A stretch of 54,277 nt of DNA from an uncultured Gammaproteobacteria bacterium. GTDB taxonomy: Bacteria > Pseudomonadota > Gammaproteobacteria > JADZEE01. The stretch lies in assembly GCA_964404305.1 (NCBI GenBank), contig CAYOJP010000001.1, positions 28,663 through 82,939 on the forward strand, given 5' to 3'. The stretch's first letter is position 1. Each line of letters starts with the position of its first letter. The position numbers and the translations under genes are program-made. Shown in pieces: positions 44,929 to 53,304 of the stretch. The notes below the pieces were generated by a model that made no database searches, was not told where the DNA came from, and saw nothing but the letters and a program-made list of their open reading frames with translations.

Positions 44929-47394
44929 TCAGCCGTCGCCGGATGCGCCCGGCGCGCGCAGCGGCACGACCACGTCGACCTCGCCGCCCCAGTAGGAGTC
45001 GATGCCCGGCTCGGCCAGCGCCGCGGCGCGCGAGGGCCGCATCACGAGCCGCACCTCGCTCAGCGCCCCCGCCTGCAGCGCGAGCAGGGCGCGCTGCTCG
45101 GCCTCCGTGGGCGGCTCGGCCAGGTCGAACTCGAGCGTGCCGGTCCAGGTCTCGTGCCCGGGCTCGACGTTCTGCGGGCGCGCTTCGGTGACGAGGCTCG
45201 CGCGCCCGAGGGGCGCCTCGCCGCCGTCGACGTGCAGCGCCACCTCCATGGCGAGCGCCACCGGGCCGCGCGGCGCCGGCGCGCAGTGCAGCGCCAGGCG
45301 CAGCCGTCGCGCGCCGACCGTCCCGCTGCCCTGCAGATACTGCGCGAAGCGCGGTTGCAGGCGCGCGGCCATGAGCGCGTCGAGTTCCGGGTCGCGGCGC
45401 GCCTGCGGATAGTCCGCGGGATACTCGTCGTAGACGAACACGGTGCGCTCGGGGCCGTTCCAGACGTAGGTCGTCGCCGGCGCGTCGATGTAGGTCACGC
45501 CGCCCGCCCCGCGCGTCCCGACGCGCACGGTGATCACCGGACGCACGTGGAACGCGTCGCGGCCGAGGGCCTCGCCCAGCACGCTCGCGAGCGGGAAGTC
45601 GCGCCGCAGGACGCGGCCGCCCGAGCCGTGCGCCGGCAGCGGGACGGGACCGTCGGTCGCCGGCAGCGCCAGCAGCTCGCCGTCGACGAGCAGCGCGCAG
45701 CTCCAGTCGAGCACGTGACGGTCGTCGTCGGCGCGCGGCTCGGCCAGCGCGAGCTCGAAGCGGCACACGCCCGGATCGCTGCGGGCGACGACGCCGCGCA
45801 GCGCGAAGTCGGGAGCGAGCCAGGCCTGCAGCACGCGCGTCCCGTCGGCGAGCGTGCCGTCCGCCAGCGCCGCGAGCTGCAGGGCCGTCGGCGGCCGCGA
45901 GTCGACGTCGCGCTCGCCGAGTTGCACCGGCACGGCGTCCGTGGCGCGTTCGATCGTGACGCCCGCCAGCAGGTACCACGACGAGAGCACCGCCAGGATC
46001 ACCAGCGCGATGAGCAGCAGCACGCCGCAGCCCACGAGCGGGTGTCCGAGCGTCGGATGCCGCTCGCGGAAGGTGCCCTTGGGCGGCGAGGCGCGACGCA
46101 GCGCGAGAGCCTCGATCCCCCACAAGGCCAGGCCCCCGCCCAGAAACCACCAGGCGATCGGCGGCGGCGGCGGCTTGCCCAGCAGCAGGACCGCGAGCCC
46201 CCCGCCGGCGAGCAGCAGGCCCATCATCCGCCCCAGCCGGTCGACGGACAGGTCGGCGTAGATGCCGCGGAACTCGCGCGGCGGCGGGCCGGTGAGCGGA
46301 TCCCAGTCCTCGGCGTCGTCGGCGTCGGCCCGGGCGACGGCCGCCACCTGTTCGGGCGCCTGCAGCGCCGCGCGCAGGTCGGCGGCGAAGGCCGCCGCCG
46401 TCGCGTAGCGATCGCTCGGCCGGCTGCGCAGCGCCTGGCAGAGCACGCGCGAAAGCGGCTCGGGCATCGACGGGTCGGCCTGCCGCGGGTCGACGATGCG
46501 CCCCGTGCTCAGCGCCGACATGAGTTCGGCGTGGCTCGTGCCGTGGTAGGGCAGCCGCAGCGTGAGCGCCTCGTAGAGCGTGACCGCGAGCGAGTAGACG
46601 TCGGTGCGCGCATCGACGGGCTGGTCGCGCCGGAAGGCCTGCTCGGGGCTCATGTAGAGCGGCGAGCCGAAGACCTCGCCCGAGAGCGTCAGCTCGCTGG
46701 CGTCGAGATCGAGCGCCAGGCCGAAGTCGGTCAGGCGCGGCGTGCCGTCGGCCTCGAGCAGGATGTTGCCGGGCTTGACGTCGCGATGCAGGATGCCGCG
46801 ACCGTGCGCGTAGTCGAGCGCGTCGGCGATCCGCGCGCCGACCGAGACGCACCAGGCGCGCCACGCCCCGGGTTCGGTCGGCAGCCCGGCGCTCCCGCCG
46901 TCGCGCCGTGCGCGCACGACCTCCGCCAGACTGCGGCCCTCGACGAGTTCCATCGCGAAGAAGGGCGCGCCGGCCGACTCGCCGATGCTGTAGACCGGCA
47001 CGATCCCCGGATGGCGCAGCCGCGCCGCCGCCTCCGCCTCGCGCTGGAAGCGCGCCAGCAGGCGGCGGTCGCGGCGCAGCGCGGGCGGCAGCACCTTGAG
47101 CGCCACCTTGCGGTTGAGGCTCGCCTGCCGCGCCTCGTACACGACGCCCATGCCGCCGCGTCCGATCTCGCGCAGGATCTCGAACTCGCCCAGCCGTCCG
47201 GGCGGGGCCGCGGCCGGGTCGGCCGGCACCTCGATCACGTCGAGCAGCGCGAAGAAGCGCCGCAACGCCGGGGCGTGCGCCGGGTGGCGGTCGAGCACCG
47301 CCTGCCGGTCGATGGGCTCGCCGGCGTGCAGGCGGTCGAGCAGTTCGTCCTGGATGTCCTCCAGGGCCGTGCGGTCGGCGGGCAACTCGCTCAT
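44929..47394 (-). CDS. Ser/Thr protein kinase with three TM segments and an uncharacterised ~340 aa extracytoplasmic C-terminal domain
   Basis: The 821 aa ORF has an ATG start. Kinase motifs are IGRGGMGVVYEARQ, ALKVL, LHRDVKPGNILL, DFGLA and SPEQ. Hydrophobic segments lie at about residues 389-406, 414-432 and 455-478. Its stop is 6 nt from the convergent top6A stop. Confidence 0.9.
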   Translation of the reverse strand: MSELPADRTALEDIQDELLDRLHAGEPIDRQAVLDRHPAHAPALRRFFALLDVIEVPADPAAAPPGRLGEFEILREIGRGGMGVVYEARQASLNRKVALKVLPPALRRDRRLLARFQREAEAAARLRHPGIVPVYSIGESAGAPFFAMELVEGRSLAEVVRARRDGGSAGLPTEPGAWRAWCVSVGARIADALDYAHGRGILHRDVKPGNILLEADGTPRLTDFGLALDLDASELTLSGEVFGSPLYMSPEQAFRRDQPVDARTDVYSLAVTLYEALTLRLPYHGTSHAELMSALSTGRIVDPRQADPSMPEPLSRVLCQALRSRPSDRYATAAAFAADLRAALQAPEQVAAVARADADDAEDWDPLTGPPPREFRGIYADLSVDRLGRMMGLLLAGGGLAVLLLGKPPPPPIAWWFLGGGLALWGIEALALRRASPPKGTFRERHPTLGHPLVGCGVLLLIALVILAVLSSWYLLAGVTIERATDAVPVQLGERDVDSRPPTALQLAALADGTLADGTRVLQAWLAPDFALRGVVARSDPGVCRFELALAEPRADDDRHVLDWSCALLVDGELLALPATDGPVPLPAHGSGGRVLRRDFPLASVLGEALGRDAFHVRPVITVRVGTRGAGGVTYIDAPATTYVWNGPERTVFVYDEYPADYPQARRDPELDALMAARLQPRFAQYLQGSGTVGARRLRLALHCAPAPRGPVALAMEVALHVDGGEAPLGRASLVTEARPQNVEPGHETWTGTLEFDLAEPPTEAEQRALLALQAGALSEVRLVMRPSRAAALAEPGIDSYWGGEVDVVVPLRAPGASGDG

Positions 47395-47464
47395 GGTTCG
47401 TCCTCCGGCGCCCTGATGGCGGCGGGCGCGGGAAAGGTCGCGCGAAAAATCCGCCGCGGCGCGT

Positions 47465-48016
47465 TCAGGCCAGCCGGCCCGCCAGATCGGCCAGGCCGCG
47501 GGCCACGAGCGCCTTCACGGCGGCCTCGCTGCAGGCGAGCCGCTCGGCCGTCTCGGCCAGCGAACAGCCCTCCAGGTAGCGCAGCCGCACGGCCAGCCCC
47601 TGCCGCTCGGGCAGCGCGTCGAGCGCCGCCCCCAGGCGCGCGGCCCCTTCGGCGCGCGCCGCACCGAGGCTCGGGCTGGTCTGGCTGGCGGCGAGATCGA
47701 CTGCGAGCGGCTCCTCGAGCGCGCGCTTCCTCGCCCGCGCCGCGCGCAGCGCCTCGGAGATCTTGTAGCGCGCGATGCCGACCAGCCAGCGGTAGAAGGA
47801 CGAGGGCCCCTGCGGCGCGAAGTCGCCCAGCTTGCGCGCACCCTCGAGCAGCGTCTCCTGCAGCAGGTCTTCGGGCGCGACGCGCCGCTGCAGCGCGAGC
47901 GGCATCTGCGCGCGGATGCAGGCCAGCAGTCGGCCCGAGTGCCGCTGATACAGATCGGCCAGCGCGTCGCGATCGCCGTCGCGCGCGCGTTCGACCAGAG
48001 CCGTCGTGTCGATCAT
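47465..48016 (-). CDS. ECF-type RNA polymerase sigma-70 factor (kinase-associated)
   Basis: The 183 aa ORF has a sigma-2 region (LADLYQRHSGRLLACI...DLLQETLLEGARKL...YRWLVGIARYKISE) and a sigma-4 region (QGLAVRLRYLEGCSLAETAERLACSEAAVKALVARGL). It lies 70 bp upstream of the kinase gene. Confidence 0.85.
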   Translation of the reverse strand: MIDTTALVERARDGDRDALADLYQRHSGRLLACIRAQMPLALQRRVAPEDLLQETLLEGARKLGDFAPQGPSSFYRWLVGIARYKISEALRAARARKRALEEPLAVDLAASQTSPSLGAARAEGAARLGAALDALPERQGLAVRLRYLEGCSLAETAERLACSEAAVKALVARGLADLAGRLA

Positions 48017-48064
48017 GGCGGGCGTCCGCCGCGCGCGCCGGCCCGCGCGCCGGCCGCGGACGGC

Positions 48065-48436
48065 TCAGCCGACCTTGATCAGCTCGACGTGGAAGACGAG
48101 CGTCGCGTCGGGCCCGATGATCGGGGGCGCGCCGCGCGAGCCGTAGCCGAGCTTGGCCGGGATCACGAAGGTCGTCGCGCCGCCTTCCTTCATGAGTTGC
48201 AGGCCCTCGGTCCAGCCGGAGATGACGCGGTTGAGCGGGAAGCTCGCCGGTTGCCCGCGCTTGTAGCTGCTGTCGAAGGGCGTGCCGTTCGTGAGCCAGC
48301 CGGCGTAGTGCACCGTGACCGTGTCGGTGGCCTTCGGCGACTTGCCGGCCCCCGCCTTGGCGACCTTGTACTGCAGGCCGCTGGCCGTCGAGACGAGTTC
48401 GTTGGCGGCGGGCAGCGTGAAGGGCGGGACGTTCAT
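48065..48436 (-). CDS. FKBP-type peptidyl-prolyl cis-trans isomerase
   Basis: The ATG at 48436 is preceded by GGAG and gives 123 aa. Family motifs are GLQYKVAKAG, VTVHYAGWLTNGTPFDSSYKRGQPASFPLNRVISGWTEGLQLMKEGG, IPAKLGYG and LVFHVELIKV. Confidence 0.88.
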   Translation of the reverse strand: MNVPPFTLPAANELVSTASGLQYKVAKAGAGKSPKATDTVTVHYAGWLTNGTPFDSSYKRGQPASFPLNRVISGWTEGLQLMKEGGATTFVIPAKLGYGSRGAPPIIGPDATLVFHVELIKVG

Positions 48437-48516
48437 CGCGGAGGCTCCGAAAAGGGACAGCAGGCGGCGCAGCACGGTGGCGCAGGGTAGCCGCCCGGGG
48501 CGCGGCGAAAAAGCGT

Positions 48517-50043
48517 TCAGCGCGCGCGCTCGATGTAGCCGAGTTCCTCGAGCTGGCGCAGGGTCTCGGGGTCGGTGATCTCGATCTCGCCGTGCTCGCC
48601 CGGCGGGCGCGACTCGAACTCGACGATCTTCTCGAAGGCGGCCAGCGCCGCCTGCAGGGCGGCCAGCGCGCGCTCGTGGCGCCCCGTCGCGCCGTCGGCC
48701 AGGTCGAGCTGCTGGCCCGGGTCGGTCGTCAGGTCGTGCAGGGCGCGCAGTTGGCGCACGCTGCCGTCGGCCAGCCGCTCGCCGCGCACCTTGTCGTAAA
48801 GCAGGGTCATGTCGTTGGCGTGCAGCGAGATCACGTGGTCGAAGTTGCCGCCGCGCGTCGCGACGTGCTCGGAGATGATCGGCCGCGGCGTCGGGTCGCG
48901 CCCGCCGAGCAGCGTCGCCGCGAAGGACTTGCCGTGCGCGCGTGGCGGACCGGGCAGCTGCAGCGCGCCGGCGTCGATGCCCAGCAGTTCGAGCACCGTC
49001 GGCATCACGTCCATGAGCGCGACGGGCACGTCGACGCGCCGTCCCCCGCCGAAGCCGCCGGGCAGACGCACGACGAGCGGCACGCGCACGCACTCCTCGA
49101 ACACCTGGTCGTGCTGCCACTGGCCGTGCTCGAAGAACTCCTCGCCGTGGTCGGAGAGCAGCACCACGATGCTGCGGTCGAGCAGGCCGCCGGTGCGCAG
49201 CGCGTCGAGGAAGGGGCCGATCGTGTCGTCGGTGAAGCGCACGCCGCCCGCATAGAGCCCGCGGAAGTAGTCGGCCTCGGCCGGGCCGAAGCGTTCCTTG
49301 TCCTTCCAGAACACGGTGCGCATCGCGCCGAAGCGCTCCTTGAAACCCATCGACCCCAGCGTCGCGATGCGCTCGCGCATCAGGCCGTCGTAGCCGGCCG
49401 GCGCCCAGCGCTCGATGTAGGGCGCGGGCGGCACGTAGGGCGCGTGGATCTGGTAGGTGTGCCAGAACAGGAAAAAGCGGCCCGCGTCGGGCGCGGCCAG
49501 GGCGGGCAGTTGCGCCAGCCCCTCCTGCACCTGCGCCTCGGCCCCGCGCAGGTCGTAGGTGTAGTGATCGAAGCCGCGCGCGAAGCCGTGCGGCGGGTTG
49601 AGGTTGCCCCCGTCGGTGAGGCCGATGGTCGTGAAGCCCGCGGCCTTCAGCACCTCGGCCAGCGTCGGGATGTCGGGTCGCAGCGGCACGATGACGGCCT
49701 GCGAGCGGCCGTCCTCGCCGGTCTTGTGGGCCACGTTCTGCACGCCGTGCACCGAAGGCCAGGTGGCGGTGAACAGCGACATGTGGCTGGGCGCCGTGTG
49801 CGGCGCCTGGCTGCGCGCCGCGGTGAACACCACGCCCTCCTCGGCGAAGCGCGCCAGCGCCGGCGAGAGTTCGGGCGCGCCCCCGCCGAACGAGGTGAAG
49901 TCGGCGCGCAACGTGTCGAGCGAGAGGATGATCAGGCTGGCCGAGGAGAGATCGGGCGGCGACCCGCCCGACGGCGAGCCTCCGTCGCCGGGGCCGCCGC
50001 AGGCCGCCAGCGAGAGGGCCAGCCCCAGCGCGACGCCTCTCAC
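48517..50043 (-). CDS. Sulfatase-like hydrolase/transferase lipoprotein (alkaline-phosphatase superfamily, T-x-P-S-H subfamily rather than C-x-P-x-R)
   Basis: The GTG at 50043 overlaps the upstream stop (GTGA) and gives (M)RGVALGLALSLAACGG (lipobox). Motifs are ILSLDTLRAD (metal ligand), SQAPHTAPSHMSLFTATWPSVHGV (Thr where true sulfatases have Cys/Ser) and LLSDHGEEFFEHG. Confidence 0.8.
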   Translation of the reverse strand: MRGVALGLALSLAACGGPGDGGSPSGGSPPDLSSASLIILSLDTLRADFTSFGGGAPELSPALARFAEEGVVFTAARSQAPHTAPSHMSLFTATWPSVHGVQNVAHKTGEDGRSQAVIVPLRPDIPTLAEVLKAAGFTTIGLTDGGNLNPPHGFARGFDHYTYDLRGAEAQVQEGLAQLPALAAPDAGRFFLFWHTYQIHAPYVPPAPYIERWAPAGYDGLMRERIATLGSMGFKERFGAMRTVFWKDKERFGPAEADYFRGLYAGGVRFTDDTIGPFLDALRTGGLLDRSIVVLLSDHGEEFFEHGQWQHDQVFEECVRVPLVVRLPGGFGGGRRVDVPVALMDVMPTVLELLGIDAGALQLPGPPRAHGKSFAATLLGGRDPTPRPIISEHVATRGGNFDHVISLHANDMTLLYDKVRGERLADGSVRQLRALHDLTTDPGQQLDLADGATGRHERALAALQAALAAFEKIVEFESRPPGEHGEIEITDPETLRQLEELGYIERAR

Positions 50044-50741
50044 GGCTCGCCCTGCTCGGCGTCGAACTGCTCCACGAACCCGAGCAGCCGATCCTGCAGG
50101 AAGTCGTAGGTCGCCTGCAGGCGCTGCACGATGTTGCCCACGCCGTCGGCCGCGACCGGCTGCGCGAAGGTGCCGACCGTCTCGAGGAACAGGCTGCGGT
50201 TGTCGGCCGCGTAGCTCTCGACGCGCACGTTGTAGATCGCGCCGCTGCCCTCCGCCGGCGGGAAGGCCAGGCGCAGGCCGGCCAGCGTGGGCGGCGCGGC
50301 GAAACCCGCCATGAGCGCCTCGTCGAAGCCGAACAGCGTGCGCAGCACGAACTCGCGGCCGTCGTCGCCCCCGCGCGGGTTGATCACCGAGCGCACGGCG
50401 AACTGCTGGGCCAGCAGCACCGCCACCGGCAGCTGCTCGAGCACGGCGCTCGCCAGCCGCTCGACGCGGACTTCGAACTCCTCGCGCGAGATGCCGGTCT
50501 GCTCCTCGCGCACCTGCACCCGGTCGGCGAGCAGGTTCACGCAGCTCACGGGCGCTCCCGGCAGGCCACCGACCGAGTTGGAGAACTGCGCGCCCCCGGC
50601 CACGAGCCGGAAGTCGCGGTAGCTGCACTCCGTGCTGCCGAAGAAGTTGCCGTGCAGGCGCTGCAGCAGGCGCGGATCGTGCTGCACGGGCGGGTGGATC
50701 AGCTCGGCCACGAAGGCGATGCTGCGCAGTCCGTAACTCAT
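50040..50741 (-). CDS. Hypothetical cytoplasmic protein (233 aa), translationally coupled to the sulfatase-like gene
   Basis: The ATG at 50741 gives MSYGLRSIAFVAELIHPPVQHDPRLLQRLHGNFF... There is no signal peptide or TM helix, and GC3 is high. I recognise no family with confidence. The rest of track ORF 50040..52313 is an out-of-frame overlap with the permease gene. Confidence 0.55.
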   Translation of the reverse strand: MSYGLRSIAFVAELIHPPVQHDPRLLQRLHGNFFGSTECSYRDFRLVAGGAQFSNSVGGLPGAPVSCVNLLADRVQVREEQTGISREEFEVRVERLASAVLEQLPVAVLLAQQFAVRSVINPRGGDDGREFVLRTLFGFDEALMAGFAAPPTLAGLRLAFPPAEGSGAIYNVRVESYAADNRSLFLETVGTFAQPVAADGVGNIVQRLQATYDFLQDRLLGFVEQFDAEQGEP

Positions 50742-50779
50742 GGCCGCCAGCCTACCGCATCGCGGCCGCGGCCGTCTCG

Positions 50780-52291
50780 TCAGCGGCCGCCCGCGCGCGG
50801 CGCGGCGACCCCGAGCAGCAGGGCGGCCGCCGCCGGCAGCAGGGCCAGCGCCGCGAGCAGCAGGCACAGCAACGCGGTGAGCGCGTCGCTGCTGATGTGC
50901 ACGAGCGCGTAGATCTGGTGCAGCAGCGTGGCGTTGCCCGCCGGGAGCAGCGTCACCAGGTCGAGGTCGCGCAGCGACAGCAGGTAGCCGAGCGCGAAGG
51001 ACAGCCCCAGCGCGGGCGCGAGCAGCGGCAGGTCGACGGCCGCCCAGCGCAGCGGCGCGGCGCGCCCCGAGAGACGGCCGGCTTCGAAGGGCGAGGGGTC
51101 GGCGCGCGCGAGCAGCGCCCGGGCCGCGAGCACGCCGAGGCTCAGCGAGCGGCCGGCGAGCGCCGCCATCAGCAGCGCGGGCGAGCGGTACAGCGTCTCG
51201 TCGAAGGGGTTGCCCGGCAGGTGCCACAGCCGCAGCACTCCCACCGCGTACAGCACGCCCGGCGCGGCCAGCGGCAGCAGCGCCAGCGCCAGCAGCAGCG
51301 CCTCGGCGCGCGGCCCGAGCCGCAGCGAAAGGCGCGCGAGGGCCGTCCCCAGCAGGGCGATCGCCAGCCCCGCGCCGGCCGCCGCGCCCGCCGAGGCCAG
51401 CGCCTCGTCGGCCGAGCCCGACAGCACGTCGAGGGCCGCCGGCGCGCGCGCGGCCCACATGGCGAGCACGACGAGCGGCGCGAGCATCACCGCCAGCAGC
51501 AGCGCCAGCGACAGGCGCCCCGCCGGCCCGGGAGCCCGCGCGGCCGGCACGCGCACCGGATTGCCGCGCGCCAGGCCCGCATGGCGGCGCTCGGCCCACA
51601 GCAGCGCGGCGAGTGCCGCCAGCCCGAGCGCGAGGGCCGGCAGCGAGACGGCCGCCGCGTCGACGGCCGAACCCATCCGCTGCCACTTGGCGAAGATCTC
51701 GCTGCTCAGCACCGTGAAGGGCTCGGGCACGTTGAAGGACAGAAAGTCGACCACGCCGAAATCGGTGACCGCGAAGATGAACACGAGCGCCAGGCCGGCG
51801 GCGGTGCTCGGCAGCGCCAGCGGCCACTCGACGCTCCGGCGCGCGGCGCGCGCGCCGGCCAGCAGGCGCGCCGACTCGCCCGCCGCCGCGGCGGCCGAGA
51901 GCCCGCGCAGCGCGAACAGCGTCACGATCGGCCACAGCGCCGCGCCGAGCAGCGCCACCGCACCGCCCCAGCCCGACAGGCGCACCGAGCCGGCCAGCGC
52001 CAGGCCCGCCATCCACGGCGGCAGGATGAGCGGCAGCGGCAGCAGGCTCGACGTCAGCCGCGCGAGCAGGTCGCGGCGGCGATGCAGCGCGAACGCGACG
52101 GGCAGGCCGACGAGCGCGGCCGCCGCCGCCGTCCCGAGGCCGAGCCCCGCCGTCGCGAGCGTCAGGCGGCCGACGCGCGCGCTGAACAGCAACTCCCAGG
52201 TGCCGGCCGGAGCATCGAACAGGCTCGCCCCGATCGCGAGCACCGGCGCCACGGCCAGGAGCAGCACCGCGACGAGCAGCCCTGTGCGCAT
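50780..52291 (-). CDS. Two-domain ABC transporter permease (FbpB/ThiP-like, binding-protein-dependent type)
   Basis: The 503 aa ORF has about 12 hydrophobic segments and two EAA-loop-like motifs: GESARLLAGARAARRSVEWPLALP and FEAGRLSGRAAPLRWAAVDLPLLAP. No ATPase or binding-protein gene is present in the window. Confidence 0.7.
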   Translation of the reverse strand: MRTGLLVAVLLLAVAPVLAIGASLFDAPAGTWELLFSARVGRLTLATAGLGLGTAAAAALVGLPVAFALHRRRDLLARLTSSLLPLPLILPPWMAGLALAGSVRLSGWGGAVALLGAALWPIVTLFALRGLSAAAAAGESARLLAGARAARRSVEWPLALPSTAAGLALVFIFAVTDFGVVDFLSFNVPEPFTVLSSEIFAKWQRMGSAVDAAAVSLPALALGLAALAALLWAERRHAGLARGNPVRVPAARAPGPAGRLSLALLLAVMLAPLVVLAMWAARAPAALDVLSGSADEALASAGAAAGAGLAIALLGTALARLSLRLGPRAEALLLALALLPLAAPGVLYAVGVLRLWHLPGNPFDETLYRSPALLMAALAGRSLSLGVLAARALLARADPSPFEAGRLSGRAAPLRWAAVDLPLLAPALGLSFALGYLLSLRDLDLVTLLPAGNATLLHQIYALVHISSDALTALLCLLLAALALLPAAAALLLGVAAPRAGGR

Positions 52292-52383
52292 GGCGGCACC
52301 CTATACTGGGCACCCTCTCCGGTCACGCGCGCTCTGCGCGCGCCGAGCGACCGGCGCACGGTCCCCGCGCGGAGCCCTTCGTC

Positions 52384-53304
52384 ATGTCGACCCTGCTCGC
52401 CCTGCTGTGCGCGATGCAGCTCGCCGCCGCGCAGGACGCCGTGCCGCAGGACGCCGCGCCGCGCGGCGCGCCCGCCCCCCCGGCGCAGGCTCCGGCCGAG
52501 CGCACCTGGCCACCCGCCGAAGACCCCGAGGCGCCGAGCGCGGCCACGGCCGCCAAGCTCGAGCGCGCCCTGCCCAAGCTGCGCAACGAGAACGACGGCT
52601 GGCGCGCCAAGGCCGAGGCCGAAGTCATCGCCTTCGGACGGCCGGCGATCTACGCGCTCGAGGCGGCCGCGCACACCGACAAGGCCTGGCACCAGGCCGC
52701 GCTGGTGAACTGCCTGGCGGCGCTCGTCGACGCGCGCGACCGGCTGCGCGTCGCGGCCGCCCTGCAGAGCGAGCAGGTGGTGCTGCGCCGCTACGCCGCG
52801 CGGGCCGCCGGCCGCATCGCCCACCCCGATCTGCTGGCGGCCCTGCCCGCGCGCCTGGCCGACGCCGACGAACTCGTGGCCGCCGAAGCGGCCCTGTCGC
52901 TCGTCGCCAACGGCCGCCCCGAGGGCGAGGCGCGCGTCGTCAAGGCCTACATGGCGGGCGACAAGGAGCGCGCGCTGGCGGCCCTCGCCGGCGTCGTCGG
53001 CGTCGGCAACCACGAACCGATCGCGGCGCTGCTGGCGATCGACCCCCAGCTCGAGAAGCGCGACCCGACCGCCGCGAGCGCGCTGCGCCTCGCGGCCGTC
53101 GAGATCCTGCACGCGGTCGGCGACGGCCCGGCGCGCGCGCTGCTCGTGCGGACGCTCGGCGACCCGCACAACCTCGTGCAGCGCGCCGCCATCGACGCGC
53201 TGCGCGACCTGCTCGAAGGCAGCGGCCCGCTGCAGACGATCTCGACCTTCGACCAGATCAAGGAGGTCGAGCGCCTGCGCGCGCTGGCGGCCGCCGCGCC
53301 CTAG
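52384..53304 (+). CDS. Secreted HEAT-repeat (PBS-lyase-type) protein
   Basis: The 306 aa ORF has the signal peptide MSTLLALLCAMQLAAAQ. Helical repeats recur, for example RRYAARAAGRIAHPDLLAALPARLADADELVAAEAALSL and NLVQRAAIDALRDL. Confidence 0.6.
   Translation: MSTLLALLCAMQLAAAQDAVPQDAAPRGAPAPPAQAPAERTWPPAEDPEAPSAATAAKLERALPKLRNENDGWRAKAEAEVIAFGRPAIYALEAAAHTDKAWHQAALVNCLAALVDARDRLRVAAALQSEQVVLRRYAARAAGRIAHPDLLAALPARLADADELVAAEAALSLVANGRPEGEARVVKAYMAGDKERALAALAGVVGVGNHEPIAALLAIDPQLEKRDPTAASALRLAAVEILHAVGDGPARALLVRTLGDPHNLVQRAAIDALRDLLEGSGPLQTISTFDQIKEVERLRALAAAAP

Noticed and set aside
44894-48078. 656 aa - strand and 974 aa + strand ORFs overlapping the third kinase and sigma genes
   Set aside because: Shadow ORFs with Arg/Ala/Pro-rich composition.
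30019-50043. Idea that the kinase-fused FGE domain matures the sulfatase-like enzyme at 48517-50043 (an FGE/sulfatase system)
   Set aside because: The sulfatase-like protein has T-A-P-S-H instead of C/S-x-P-x-R, so it has no formylglycine site. The FGE-like domain appears to lack the catalytic Cys pair, and the genes are 16 kb apart.
50040-52313. 757 aa - strand ORF, and the 603 aa + strand ORF 50897..52708
   Set aside because: The first is real only in its last 233 aa. The rest overlaps the ABC permease out of frame. The second is antisense Arg/Gln/Gly-rich junk.
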